The notes under the pieces were generated by a model that did not search any database, was not told the DNA's origin, and saw only the letters and a list, made by a program, of their open reading frames with translations. 64,000 nt of DNA from positions 101,825,449-101,889,448 of the forward strand of contig NC_068981.1 of NCBI RefSeq assembly GCF_001194135.2, given 5' to 3'. This DNA comes from Octopus bimaculoides (lineage: Eukaryota). Each line of letters begins with the position of its first letter. Within the stretch, counting starts at the first letter, position 1. The translations under genes and the position numbers were made by a program. Of this stretch, positions 52,467 through 64,000 are shown piece by piece.

Positions 52467-52850
52467 AATTCTGGACTCTTTGTCAACAGGAAGTTTATGT
52501 CTGTTCTAAGAGAAACAAGAAGTAAATTTATATGTATTTCATTGGGTAGGCTAGAGAAGGGAATATGGTCACTGAGGAGTTTGTATGTTAAGAAACATTT
52601 GGAATTTCTCTATAAAAAGATTCTCCTTGTTGATTCTTTCATGTATAGAGATTCTGTTTTTACATTGATAGAAAGGGAGTATAAGGAATTTAGGGTTTTT
52701 ATTTTTGGCGCAAGAGTCTATGTGGCCACTGAGTGGAATTTGGAGGTGTTGTGGAAGATTTATTTGTTCTTTATGGACTGCTACTCTTCTATGCAGTTTA
52801 AATTATTTCACTTGCCTCAATAGGTCTTCGCAAGCAAAGTTTGTTGTCTA
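52467..52850 (-). mobile_element. Penelope-like GIY-YIG remnant of a second lineage
   Basis: FACEDLLRQVK*FKLHRRVAVHKEQINLPQHLQIPLSGHIDSCAKNKNPKFLILPFYQCK..ERINKENLFIEKFQMFLN. Confidence 0.75.
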
Positions 52851-52851
52851 A

Positions 52852-54172
52852 TGAATGGGGGGTACAAATAAGTGGGCTGGTTACACCCACTGGCATAGGA
52901 CATGGGCTATGGTTTCACTTGGCTTGTCGGATCTTCTCAAGCACAGCATATCTCCAAAGGTTCGGTCACTCGTCATTGCCTCGGTAAGGCCCAATGTTCA
53001 AAGGTTGTGCTTCACCATCTCATCTCAGGTCTTCCTAGGTCTACCTCTTCCATAGGTTCTCACAACTGCTAGGGTGTGACACTTTTTCCCACAGCTGTCC
53101 TCATTCATTCACAACACAGGACCATACTAGCGCAGTTGCCTCTCTTGCACACCACATCTGATGCTTCTAAATCCAACTTTTCTCTCAGGGTGCTTACACT
53201 CTGTTGTATATGCACACTGACATTACACATCCAGCGGAGCATACTGGCTTCATTACTTGCAAGTTTATGCATGTTCTCCGCAGTCATGGCCTATGTTTCA
53301 CTGCCATGCAGCATGGCTGTTTGTACACATGCATCATACAGTCTACCTTTTACTCTGAGTGAGAGGCCCTTTGTCACCAGCAGAGGTAAGAGCTCTCTGA
53401 AATTTGCCCAGGCTATTCTTATGCTAGCAGTTACACTTTCAGAGCATCCACCCCTGCTACTGACTTGGTCCCCTATCAACTACTTCTAGTTTTTCTCCCT
53501 GGAATGAGACAGAAGCTATTCTCTGCACATTTTCAGTGTTTATAGCACTTGAGGATTTTCCACATACAAAAACTATCTTCCAAGTTAGCCTTCCTTTGAT
53601 ATTGCTGCACCTCTTATATGTCCATAGCTTACACCGGGTGCATCTTATGGAGTTTCTACCTACAACTTTTCTACAGATCGATCAGGGCCATCTACCTGAA
53701 GGGATTTGTGGTTTGTCTGCCTTCCTACTTATTAAGACTTTCGTTTTAGCTAAGTTGTCTCTAAGGCCCTTTGATTCTAATCTTTGCTTTCACACTTAAA
53801 AATTTTCCTCTTGTTCTGATAGTGACTCAGCAATTAGAGCAAGGTCATCAGCATAGAGGAGCTCCCAGGGGCATCCTGTCTTGAATTCCTGTTATTACCT
53901 GGAGGACTATGATGAATAAGAGGGGGCTGAAGACTGATCCTTGGTGGACCCCTACCCCTACCCAGAATTCTTCACTGTACTCGTTGCCAACCCTCACCTT
54001 ACTGACAGCATACCTGTACATGGCTTGCACAGCTCTCAGCAACCATTCATCTATCCCTAGTTTCTTCATTGACCACTAGATAAGGGATCAGGGAACCCTG
54101 TCAAAGGCTTTCTCCATGTCAACGAAAGCCAGGTACAGAGGTTTATCTTTGGCTAGGTATTTCTCCTGCAGT
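52852..54172 (-). mobile_element. 5'-truncated RTE LINE containing the RT core (pseudogenised)
   Basis: LQEKYLAKDKPLYLAFVDMEKAFDRVP, GVHQGSVFSPLLFIIVL, WELLYADDLALIAES (YADD at 53844-53855) and IAWANFRELLPLL..KGRLYDACVQTAMLHGSET, with several stops and frameshifts. Confidence 0.95.
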
Positions 54173-54519
54173 TATCCATGTCACTATTTTCACAGACAAC
54201 AGTTAAAATTCAATATACATATATACACACGTATAAACATACACAATGAGCTTCTTTCAGTGTCCAGCTACAAAATTCACTCACAAGGCTTTGACTGACT
54301 ATGGGCTATACCATGCATTGGGACTGAACACAAAACCATGTGGTTAGGAAGCAAACCTCTTATCCATCACAGCTATGCTTGTACCTACTATGTTGTATGA
54401 AAGGTAAGATCAATTGCAACATAATTTGATCTCTGCATGTAAAGAGACAGGGCTAAATACTGCAAGACCCCTGTCTTTGCTTGCTGGTCTATTGAATCTG
54501 CTATCTACTACCACAATAA

Positions 54520-54545
54520 TAATATTAATAATAATAATAATAATG

Positions 54546-54590
<45 letters not shown>
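54520..54590. repeat. (AAT)n microsatellite
   Basis: Directly visible. Confidence 0.95.
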
Positions 54591-54592
<2 letters not shown>

Positions 54593-54885
54593 TGTCATCC
54601 CAGTAGTTGTGAAGATATTTGAAGCACTAACAACCAAGTTCAAGAAATATGTCAGAGAAATTGGAATTGACATGAAGGCAGAGCATGCATAAAAAATAGT
54701 TCTGTTAGGGACAATCTAAGATTTTGAAATTGGTACTTGGGTGTTGAGTATCTTCCACAAAACTTAACACCTAAGTATCAAGTCTAATGATTTGTGCAAA
54801 GAGACCCTGTGAGACCTTTGACAACAAGATGCTGTCTGCTCTCACAGAGCAAGTAGAACAAGAACTCTGAGAAGTAGAATATGAT
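54591..54885 (+). mobile_element. R4/Dong-like (RLE) non-LTR retrotransposon 3' end
   Basis: TVIPVVVKIFEALTTKFKKYVREIGIDMKAEHA*KIVLLGT/KILKLVLGC* resembles the IPVVVGALG..QK..LLGTARIL C-terminus of R4-clade elements. It abuts (AAT)n. Confidence 0.7.
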
Positions 54886-57551
54886 GATGATGATGATGAT
54901 GATGACAATAATAATGTTGGTGATAAGTTTCAAAAAGACATTTTTGGAAACATAATTAATTTCACAGCCTGACATTAACACAGAACAAGTCTGGCTAATG
55001 AGTGGCCAATAAATAATTGTTTTCAGTAGCAAAGTTAAAGTTGAAACCAGTGTGAGCTAGAAAAATACAAAAAAAGTATGCATTTTAAAGTGTGTGTGAA
55101 TGCGTATGTGTATGAGAGAGAAAGAGAGAGAAGAGAGAGAGAGAGGGAGAGACAGAGTGTGTGTAAATGTGGAAGAGATGATAATGATGATGAGGGGGGG
55201 GGGTGCAGTGTTGATGGTAGTGGTGACGGTGATGATGATGGTGGTGTGAGAAATAATGAACAGAATTAAATGACCTCTAAATGAATCTGGTTGCACCATC
55301 AACTTTGCAAAAANNNNNNNNNNGTAAATTATTTGTAGCCAGAATGAAACCAGAGTGTTTGTGGATGTGGTGTAATTGGAGAAGTTTTAGCATTTGGTAC
55401 GTGTGTAGGTTGAGAAAAGTGGAGAAGGTGAGTTTGGAAAGGAGTTCTGTTGTGTGTGGGTGGGTGTACAATGTGAAGGTGAGTACAGGAATGAGTTTTA
55501 TTGTGAGTATACAATGCAGAAATAAATGACTGAGTAGAGATCAATATTTAATATGTTTTCCAAGCTGGCATGGGTTGGATAACTTGACAGGAAATGCCAT
55601 GGCCAGGGACCACACCAGGCTCTGTAGTTTGTTTTGGCTTGGTTTCTATGGCTGGATGACCTTCCTAACACCAACCACCCCACAGTATACATGGTGTTTT
55701 TTACATGGCATCATCACCAGTGCTTTTTACATGGCAACAGAACTCATACTAATATTTTTACATGAACCCTTGGTTTAAGGATCTTTTTTCTGTTGTGGTG
55801 TGTGTATATAAAATGGTGAAAAAAGGAGTTTTATTGGATATGTAGAATGACGAGAAAATTAGTCAGGGAAGGAATTTTTATGTGTAAATACCTGCTGACA
55901 CCAAGCACAACTAAGTGATTAAGAAGTTTGTTTTATAATCATTCAACCTCTACCATGGTTGAATATTTTCTTAAATCCACCATTTCGTCAATCGCAGCTG
56001 CTTCCAAGATTCACCACTAATTCAGTTCTCAAATTGGAAACTGTTATCAGTTTTAAAGAGGACACTTCCTCAGCTACACTTTGGCATAAACAGTTTGAGA
56101 TTTGGTTCAGTAGAAAAAAAGTTACATCTAAATATGTAGGGTCTAAAGGTGGGCAGTAAGGCACCTATTCATCTTCAATTAACATAAACTTTTTTATTTT
56201 AAAATAAAAGTATACTTTTCTTTGGCTTAAATGATAGAAAGAGGCACGAGGAATTCAGAATTGTTAGTTGCATTGAACAAAAATTAGTAGAAAAAAAGTT
56301 ATGAGGTGAAATGTCATGAAATTTCAAGTCAGTAAGTGAGGAAGTAACGTTCCAAGCAATAATGTTATAAGAATATATTTCTAAAATGAATGTTTACATT
56401 CTAACACAGTGAGGTGGCAGAAACATTAGCGTCCCAGGCACAATGCCTAGTAGTGTTTTGTCTGTCTTTTCGTTTTAAGTTCAAATACCACTGAGGTCGA
56501 CCTTTTGTATATTTTGTTTTTTTAATTAAGTATTTAATGAAGTTATTTTTAATATGCTGTTGAATTAGGGTAAGTTTAACTTTTATTATTAATTTTTTCC
56601 TTCAGCTTTTTTTACTTTTCCTTTTTAGTTGTTTTCCTTTTCTTTTTAGTTAATTATTTAATCAGCCTAGTTCATTAATGTGTTACATGCTTCAGATATG
56701 TGCATCTAAATTTATTGGGGCAGGAATATAGTCATTTTTGGCTGTGTCTCTATGGGCAGACCTGAAGGCATGTAGTAAGGCGGTCCAGAAAAGGCATTAG
56801 TTAAAAGTGCTTATATTCTAAATTTACTTTTTAAATTTCAATATTAATTAAAAGGGATTTTTCATAAATCAAATTTATATTAATGGGATGTAGGTAATTT
56901 TAACTTGTGTATATCTGATATGCTTTTATAATTACTGTTGTATTGAATAATTATTGATAGATCTAGATTACCAGTAGTCAGTGCTGTTATCACCAACTCA
57001 AAATCTAGGTTACTTAAGGTGAGCCTGGTAACTGATGGTTTTGGGGTCTTGTTGTTTGTAACTTTTGGTGAGCTATGGTGCAACCAACAAAATGGTAAAA
57101 TTTCCTGCCATTAATTTGGTGTGGATGGGTAATATCAATCACAACATATATTTAAATTAAAAATGAAAAAAGTTGAAATATTATCTTTCAGTATTTTATA
57201 AGTTAAAATCTTAAATTATTAATTGACACATTATTGATTATCTTATAATAGCAATGCCTGGAAAAATCATGGATTACATGGAAAAATGCAAGCATGGAAA
57301 GAAATATTCTTAAGATTATAAACCTGGAAAAGTACAGGACAAGTTATTATACCTGGAAAAGCATAGGACAAGCTATCACTTCTAGTAAAGAATAAGAAAC
57401 TTCTTACTTAAAATATTACAGCTAAAATTTAAATTTGAATAGTAAAAATCATTTTATTATAGTTTACAAATAACACTATACTTATTTAAGTAGAATTTGG
57501 CTAATTTACTACCTTAAATACAGAAAAATGTGACTAATTAGACAAACTTAC

Positions 57552-57595
57552 AAATTAGCTGAACAGTTTTGTGCAATAAATCTTAAAAATAAGAA
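57552..57595 (-). CDS. possible 44-nt exon (FLFLRFIAQNCSAN)
   Basis: Acceptor TTTATCACTCTTTACAG, donor TTT|GTAAGT, one fully open frame (phase 0 to 2). Confidence 0.25.
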
Positions 57596-57679
57596 CTGTA
57601 AAGAGTGATAAATTAGAAGAACTGGCATTCTTTGCTGCAATATTTTAAGCAAAAGTTTCTTACTCTTTACTAGAAGTAA

Positions 57680-57860
57680 TAGCTTGTCTCCTACTCCTGC
57701 TGGCAACAATTCTCACAGCTATGCTCTAAGAGCATTCACCCCCACTACTAACTTGGTCATCAAGGTAATGGAAGCTATCTACTACCTCTAGCTTGTCCAC
57801 CTCCCTGGCAGTTGATGAAATCTATTTTCAGGGCATTTTCAGTGTTTACTGTATACATAA
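57680..57860 (-). mobile_element. degraded RTE RT fragment
   Basis: Homologous by eye to 53430-53550 (NTENALKIDFINCQG..EVVDSFHYLDDQVSSGG). Confidence 0.6.
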
Positions 57861-58019
57861 AGTGGAATTAACTGGCACTCTGTCAGTTAAGATGATCAGA
57901 GTTTCAGTTGTTCTAATCAAAAGAACAGTTTGCTTGTGAAATTAACACGCAAGTGGCTGTCCACTTCATAGACACAGAATGTGACAGGGTTGGCCCTTTG
58001 AAATACAGGTACTATTCAT

Positions 58020-58270
58020 TTTGGATCTTTCTGATTTGGCGGACACCATTTGTTTTCTAACGAAACACTTTCAAACTTGGGACACTGATAGAATGTATCA
58101 TATAAAACATCTTTTACTCTTAGTGTTGTTGAGAAAAGTTTATATTTTTAAAGTTATTTCGTGTTAAAGTTGTTGTATTTCAGTAACTTCAACCAATCAC
58201 TAATGTCTATTGAGGTGAAAACAATTACTGCTGTGGTTTGTCAACAACACGTTCTGACGGTGTAATGAAC
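58020..58270. repeat. probable unclassified interspersed repeat
   Basis: Distinct composition with retained CpGs. It resembles a repeat I recall from octopus sequence, but no second copy is present in the window. Confidence 0.3.
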
Positions 58271-58479
58271 TAGGCTGGATTTGAACTAATGTGCCGGGAG
58301 TTGGAACAAATGCTGTGAAGCATTCATTCTGATGCTCTAATTACTCTTCTAATTTGCTGTTTCTGATAACATTTTGTTTTTTAATATTTATGTTCTTGGT
58401 AGTGCTATTTTATAACTGAGTATAATGTATATTACATTTTGCATAGTGAACTGACTCATGTTTATAGACATACATTCCA

Positions 58480-59500
58480 ACTGCAACCATCTATTTTGTT
58501 TTTCAGATATAATGCATCTAGGACTACATTATCCAGCGTAATCTGACCTTTTTTAAGATGTGAGGGTATAGAAAATTTGGCTGCTATTTCCAGTAAGTTG
58601 AGTGACTCAGCTTGTGTCTTTTTTTTAACATGTTTACCATCTTTTCTATAACAAAGGTGCTTTGATCCATGTAACTGATATTGGCTTCAAGTTTTGGCAC
58701 AAGGCCAGCAATTTTGGAGGAGGGATTTAAGTTAATTGTATTGGCTCTAGTGTTCTACTGGTACTTATTTTATCGATCTCAAAAGGATGAAAGGCAAAGT
58801 TGACCTCGGGAGAATTTGAACTCAGAATGTAAAGACAGGCAAAATGCCACTAAGCATTTTGCCTGGTTTGCCAGCTTGCCACCCTCCACATAGTCGATAT
58901 TGTTGTTGTTTAGCTCCAAGTCAGATCTGATACAATGAAGACTTTGTCTTTTTGTATATCTAGGACTGCAAAATTTTGTATGTGCTTCCATTTTTGAGAT
59001 GGTAGATTTGATGGAATCTGGCTGCTATTTCTAACATAGTGAAACAATCACTTAGTGAGTCCTTCATTGGCTTGCGTAGTGAATACTTCGTGTGTGGTTT
59101 ATTGTTGTTGATGCTTAAGCCTCAGGGTAACTCTGAATGAGCAGACCTGTCATCAAAAGATATGAGCTGTGACCATCCAGAGATTTTGTAAATCTAGGAA
59201 TATATTATGCAATGTCTTTTTCCATTTTTTAAGACAGTTGGGGGAGATTTATGGGTGATTTGATTGCTATTTTTAGCAGGTCAAGTCACCGTAGAGAAAC
59301 AACTTCACTTACTCATATGTTGTTGCTGTTGGTGTTTTAGCAGGTCAGCTTTGCTTGACCAAACTTATGATCATATGTATTCCAGCCAGGATCATCACTG
59401 CTTTTTCCAACATCTATTGTTAAGGATGATAGGGTGTAGTTTGAGTTAAATTTAATATCATTTCTAGAGGGTCAACTGACCACACAGTAGCTTCCTTATG
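58480..59500 (-). repeat. tandem cluster of the ATTTGGCTGCTATTTCTAG repeat family with an interleaved SINE
   Basis: At least four recurrences of the TGCTATTT(C/T)(T/C)A block with CTAGGA..A.ATTAT motifs. Confidence 0.65.
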
Positions 59501-60885
59501 ACTCATATGCGGGATGTTTGTTTTCACAGGTGCAATACTTGTTACATTTACAGGTGTAGTGACAAGTGTGGAACCGGTTGCATTTTGTATTTACTGTTAT
59601 ATCATATTCATATATTTGTGTGGTGCTGGTTTTACTGAGAATATAAAAGTCTCTAAATGTGGGATTTTATAACAGAAATTTCCACATGTATGAAGATGCA
59701 CATGCAAAGAGGTAATGAATGTTCGCATATATACATATATATATTTATACTATCATCATTTTAATGTTTATTTTCATGTATATATATATATATANNNNNN
59801 NNNNNNNNNNNNNNNNNNNNNNNNNNNNNNNNNNNNNNNNNNNNNNNNNNNNNNNNNNNNNNNNNNNNNNNNNNNNNNNNNNNNNNNNNNNNNNNNNNNN
59901 NNNNNNNNNNNNNNNNNNNNNNNNNNNNNNNNNNNNNNNNNNNNNNNNNNNNNNNNNNNNNNNNNNNNNNNNNNNNNNNNNNNNNNNNNNNNNNNNNNNN
60001 NNNNNNNNNNNNNNNNNNNNNNNNNNNNNNNNNNNNNNNNNNNNNNNNNNNNNNNNNNNNNNNNNNNNNNNNNNNNNNNNNNNNNNNNNNNNNNNNNNNN
60101 NNNNNNNNNNNNNNNNNNNNNNNNNNNNNNNNNNNNNNNNNNNNNNNNNNNNNNNNNNNNNNNNNNNNNNNNNNNNNNNNNNNNNNNNNNNNNNNNNNNN
60201 NNNNNNNNNNNNNNNNNNNNNNNNNNNNNNNNNNNNNNNNNNNNNNNNNNNNNNNNNNNNNNNNNNNNNNNNNNNNNNNNNNNNNNATATGGGTAATATT
60301 TTTGCTATTGACAGACATATGCAAAAAAGCTGAGAAACTAAAAATTTTGGAAAATAGTTATTTTTCTTTCTTTTTTTTTACTTTAAATATATCGCTATTC
60401 TACTTCAATAGCTAAGTTAAAGATTCACATGGTTCAACATGCCGCTTCGTAGTGGTAAGTGTAGGAATAAAAATAAGAAAGAAAAATCAGTACAAATACA
60501 TATGAAGAAAATCGCGCCAATAAATGAGAATAGGGGATTTTATAGCTGAAGTTTTATATCTGTGGGGACACTATCCTCATATATGTAAAAGAAATTTATT
60601 GTTTCAAAGAAAACAAACAAAAAAAGTAGCGAAATATTTAAAAAAATACTTTAAAAACAATTTAAAACTGGAACAGAGATGTGATTTTAACAGTGTGTAC
60701 AGACAACAATCTCCCCTCACATACATCTACATAAAATACACATACACATAAAATACACACACACACACACATAGAGTAATAAAGCACCCATACGTTTGTA
60801 CTAAAATAACATGCACACCCCCTACTAGGCATATGTTTATCTATACATATAAATAACGCATACATACAAATATGTATCTACATAC

Positions 60886-60996
60886 CAAACACTTCACATT
60901 TCAACAAGCAGCAAGAGTCATATTGATTTAAAGAAAAGAGCTTTGCCACTTTATTAATCACTGGCTTGAATTCTGTAAAGAGGGCTTGAATAAATC
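60886..60996 (-). CDS. candidate 111-nt internal exon of an unidentified gene (FIQALFTEFKPVINKVAKLFSLNQYDSCCLLKCEVF)
   Basis: Acceptor CTATTTTCCTTTAG, donor TTTG|GTATGT, phase 1-1, exactly one open frame, non-repetitive sequence. Confidence 0.5.
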
Positions 60997-61594
60997 CTAA
61001 AGGAAAATAGACAGCCATACCCCTCCCCCACATCAAGAATAACTCATTATTGGAAAAAGGTGAATGGAACAGATATCACCCATTTCTGATGATTGCTGGA
61101 TTTGCCTTTTTATCTCTGGTATGAAACCATTCTATCATAGGCACAAGGCCTGAAATTTCAAGGGAGGATCTAGTTGATTACATCAACTCCAGTATTCAAC
61201 ATGTACATATTTTATTGACCCTACCCTGTAAAAGGACAAAAGGTAAAGTCAACCTCAGTGAATTTGAACTCTGGACATAATGCCAGAAGAAATACAGCAA
61301 AGCATTTTGTCAGGAATGCTAAGAATTTTACCAGCTCACCACCTTAACAATAATAATGATAATAACAGTATCAAATTTTGTAACAAGGCCAACAATTTTA
61401 GGGAGAGGAAGGATAGTCAATTACATCAACCCCAGTATTTGATAAGTACTTTATTTTATTAGCCCTGAAATGATGAAGGGTAAAAAAAAGATCTTGGCAA
61501 GATTTGAACTCAGAGTGTAAAGAACTAAAAGAAATGTCCATCAGTATTTTGTCCTATGCACTAACATTTCTACCAACTCACCAAGACTATTTAC

Positions 61595-61632
61595 TTGCAG
61601 GAGTTTCATTTTGGGCTATTTTCCAACACAAT
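61595..61632 (-). CDS. candidate 38-nt exon (LCWKIAQNETPA)
   Basis: Acceptor TTCTAACATTTTCAG, donor CAA|GTAAAT. Its only open frame ends in phase 1, matching the next candidate exon. Confidence 0.35.
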
Positions 61633-63130
61633 CTGAAAATGTTAGAAAATTTTGTGTGACTGGCCCCTGTGACAAAGTTTTGGTAATGATTACTTGAGGA
61701 ATATTGAAAATACTGACATTTCTTCAGTTTCAGTAATGTAATAAAATATGATAAAATCCATAAACTCAAAAAAAAATTTCATGAAAAGTTTGGAAAGAAA
61801 TTAATTAATCATTTTTATTACAACATACACACATGCACACTCATGCATACATAGACACACTTAAATGTATGCAGACACACGCATTCAAGCAAGTACACGC
61901 ATATATGTACACATGTATACCACACCACATGTTTACACATACACTACTCTTTGAATTTTGCAACAAACTGAAGTCACAGAATGAATTTGCTAAGTAAACA
62001 AGTAAAAATGTAGGCAGATTAAATTATCACAGAAACTAAAAGTATATATCAAAATATACAGGATATATTTTTCATATTAGTATGACTTTGAAATGTTGCA
62101 TTCAATTAAAATTATATATAATTATGTTAGATTTCTACTTCATCAACACTGAGTATTAATTAAAGTTATGTAATTACCCTGGATTTGTATTTCATCAACA
62201 CTTAGTGTTAAATTTTCCATGAAGATATGATATTTAGCAATTACCATAGAAGCAAGATTTATTTTTTATGAAGGACAGTTTACTCACTTTCCAGTCAACA
62301 TTATTTTTAAGTCTTTCTTTATATCTCCCTGCCTCTCTCACTCTCCTGTCCCTCTATCCATACCTCCTTTCACACACATATGCAAAATAAATACACATGG
62401 ATGTCTGTTGCTTATTAGATGTAAAATGCTAAAAACAAAATGCCTTCTAGAGGTAACAGCTAAGGGGCTTAACACCTGGTTCTAAGACAATAAAATTAGG
62501 AAATGATCTTCACTTCCTCACATACCCTTTTAGTAAGATATATTTTTCAGAACAAAGGTGGTAAATATTCCTGAATTGAAGTTGAANNNNNNNNNNNNNN
62601 NNNNNNNNNNNNNNNNNNNNNNNNNNNNNNNNNNNNNNNNNNNNNNNNNNNNNNNNNNNNNNNNNNNNNNNNNNNNNNNNNNNNNNNNNNNNNNNNNNNN
62701 NNNNNNNNNNNNNNNNNNNNNNNNNNNNNNNNNNNNNNNNNNNNNNNNNNNNNNNNNNNNNNNNNNNNNNNNNNNNNNNNNNNNNNNNNNNNNNNNNNNN
62801 NNNNNNNNNNNNNNNNNNNNNNNNNNNNNNNNNNNNNNNNNNNNNNNNNNNNNNNNNNNNNNNNNNNNNNNNNNNNNNNNNNNNNNNNNNNNNNNNNNNN
62901 NNNNNNNNNNNNNNNNNNNNGTGTCTGTGTTTGTCCCCCCAACATCGCTTGGCAACCGATGCTGGTGTGTTTAGGTCCCTGTAACTTAGCGGTTCAGCAA
63001 AAGAGAGTGATACAATAAGTACTAAGCTTACAAAGAATAAGTTCTAGGGTCGATATACTCGACAAAAGGCGGTGCTCCAACATGGCCACAGTCAAATGAC
63101 TGAAACGAGTAAAAGAGTAAGTATATATAC

Positions 63131-63186
<56 letters not shown>

Positions 63187-63271
63187 TGTTAGACTATTTC
63201 ACTTCATGCACACACATACACACACTCACACTTATACATATGTATCCTTTATCTTGTTTCAGTCAATAGAA

Positions 63272-63602
63272 CAGTGCTGGCCAACCTGAGGCCCGCGGGC
63301 CACACACTTTTATCTTGCAGCTCACTTGATACTTTCTTGAAATGAGTGACCTCTTTATTGTGTTTAATTTCAAAATAAAATAGTTTGTGTAAAACATTTG
63401 CTTCAAAATAAATTTTAAATTTATAAGTGGCAATAAAGCAATAGCCTACAATTTTATAATTTTAAACAAACGAAAAATATGAAAAATTCTCGATTCTGTA
63501 ATTTGATTATTTGACTATTAGTGCATAAAGTATAGAAGTGGCCCTCAAAAAACTTTCAGTGATTAAAGTGGCCTGCAATGTAAGTTGAGTTGGCCAGGCC
63601 TG
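63272..63602. mobile_element. hAT-Charlie-like MITE inserted into a CORE-type SINE
   Basis: TIRs CAGTGCTGGCCAACC and CAGGCCTGGCCAACT match at 12/15, followed by the subterminal motif GAGGCCCGCGGGCC. Flanks CAATAGAA and CACTTAGA are an imperfect TSD, and the SINE continues on both sides. Confidence 0.8.
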
Positions 63603-64000
63603 CACTTAGAGTTTGGCCATGTTGGGGACCACCTCGAGGATTTATACTTTTCAGTCTAATGTATTGACCCCAGTACTTTCTTTTTTCAAACTTGGTACTT
63701 ATTCTATTGGTCTCTTTTATTGAACTGCTAAGTTACAAGGGACATAAACACACCAACACTGGTTGTCAAGCAGTGGTGGTGATGGTGGACAAACACACAC
63801 ACACACATACATACATACATACATTCCTACATATACATATATGATGGGCTTCTTTCAGTTTCCATCTATCAAATCCACTCAAGGCTTTTAGCCCAAAGCT
63901 ATAGTAGAAGACACTTGCCCAAAGTGCTACACAGTGGGGCTGAACCTTGAACCATGTAGCTGAAAAGCATGCTTCTTACCACACAGCCATGCCAGCACCT

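Noticed and set aside
56961-57018. Plus-strand open segment SRLPVVSAVITNSKSRLLK ending AAG|GTGAGC
   Set aside because: Weak acceptor, no homology, and opposite in strand to the better-supported nearby candidates.
61087-61130. CTGATGA..stem..GAAAC hammerhead-like start
   Set aside because: No GUH or stem III follows, and the 3' part belongs to an adjacent SINE.
1-64000. CRISPR arrays, rRNA genes, intact tRNA genes or operon-like prokaryotic systems
   Set aside because: None seen. The tRNA-like segments are SINE heads, and the regularly recurring motifs are retroposon UTR modules.

Overview
AT-rich, microsatellite-laden eukaryotic DNA from a draft assembly. It has six large N gaps (22634-22926, 28833-29764, 33654-34068, 51920-52466, 59795-60286, 62587-62920) and several 10-N joins. 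The repeat complement (tRNA-derived CORE-type SINEs, RTE LINEs with (GAT)n tails, Penelope-like elements) resembles what I recall from octopus genomes; this assignment is inference. Most of the window is transposon debris: RTE fragments (one with YADD and a PHD-like insert), four Penelope-like GIY-YIG remnants, an R4/Dong-like tail in an (AAT)n tract, a solo LTR with a 5-bp TSD, and hAT, piggyBac-like and mariner-like MITEs with TIRs and TSDs. No complete or recognisable cellular gene is visible, and nearly all ORFs in the supplied track are microsatellite or gap artefacts. A few short candidate exons have good splice signals, the best being 60886-60996 on the minus strand. The most notable observations are several degenerate minimal hammerhead-ribozyme-like motifs, two of them beside Penelope remnants, two isolated 14-nt-loop hairpins, a phase-compatible minus-strand exon chain of unknown identity, and a triple nested insertion. 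I see no convincing evidence for a wholly new biological system.
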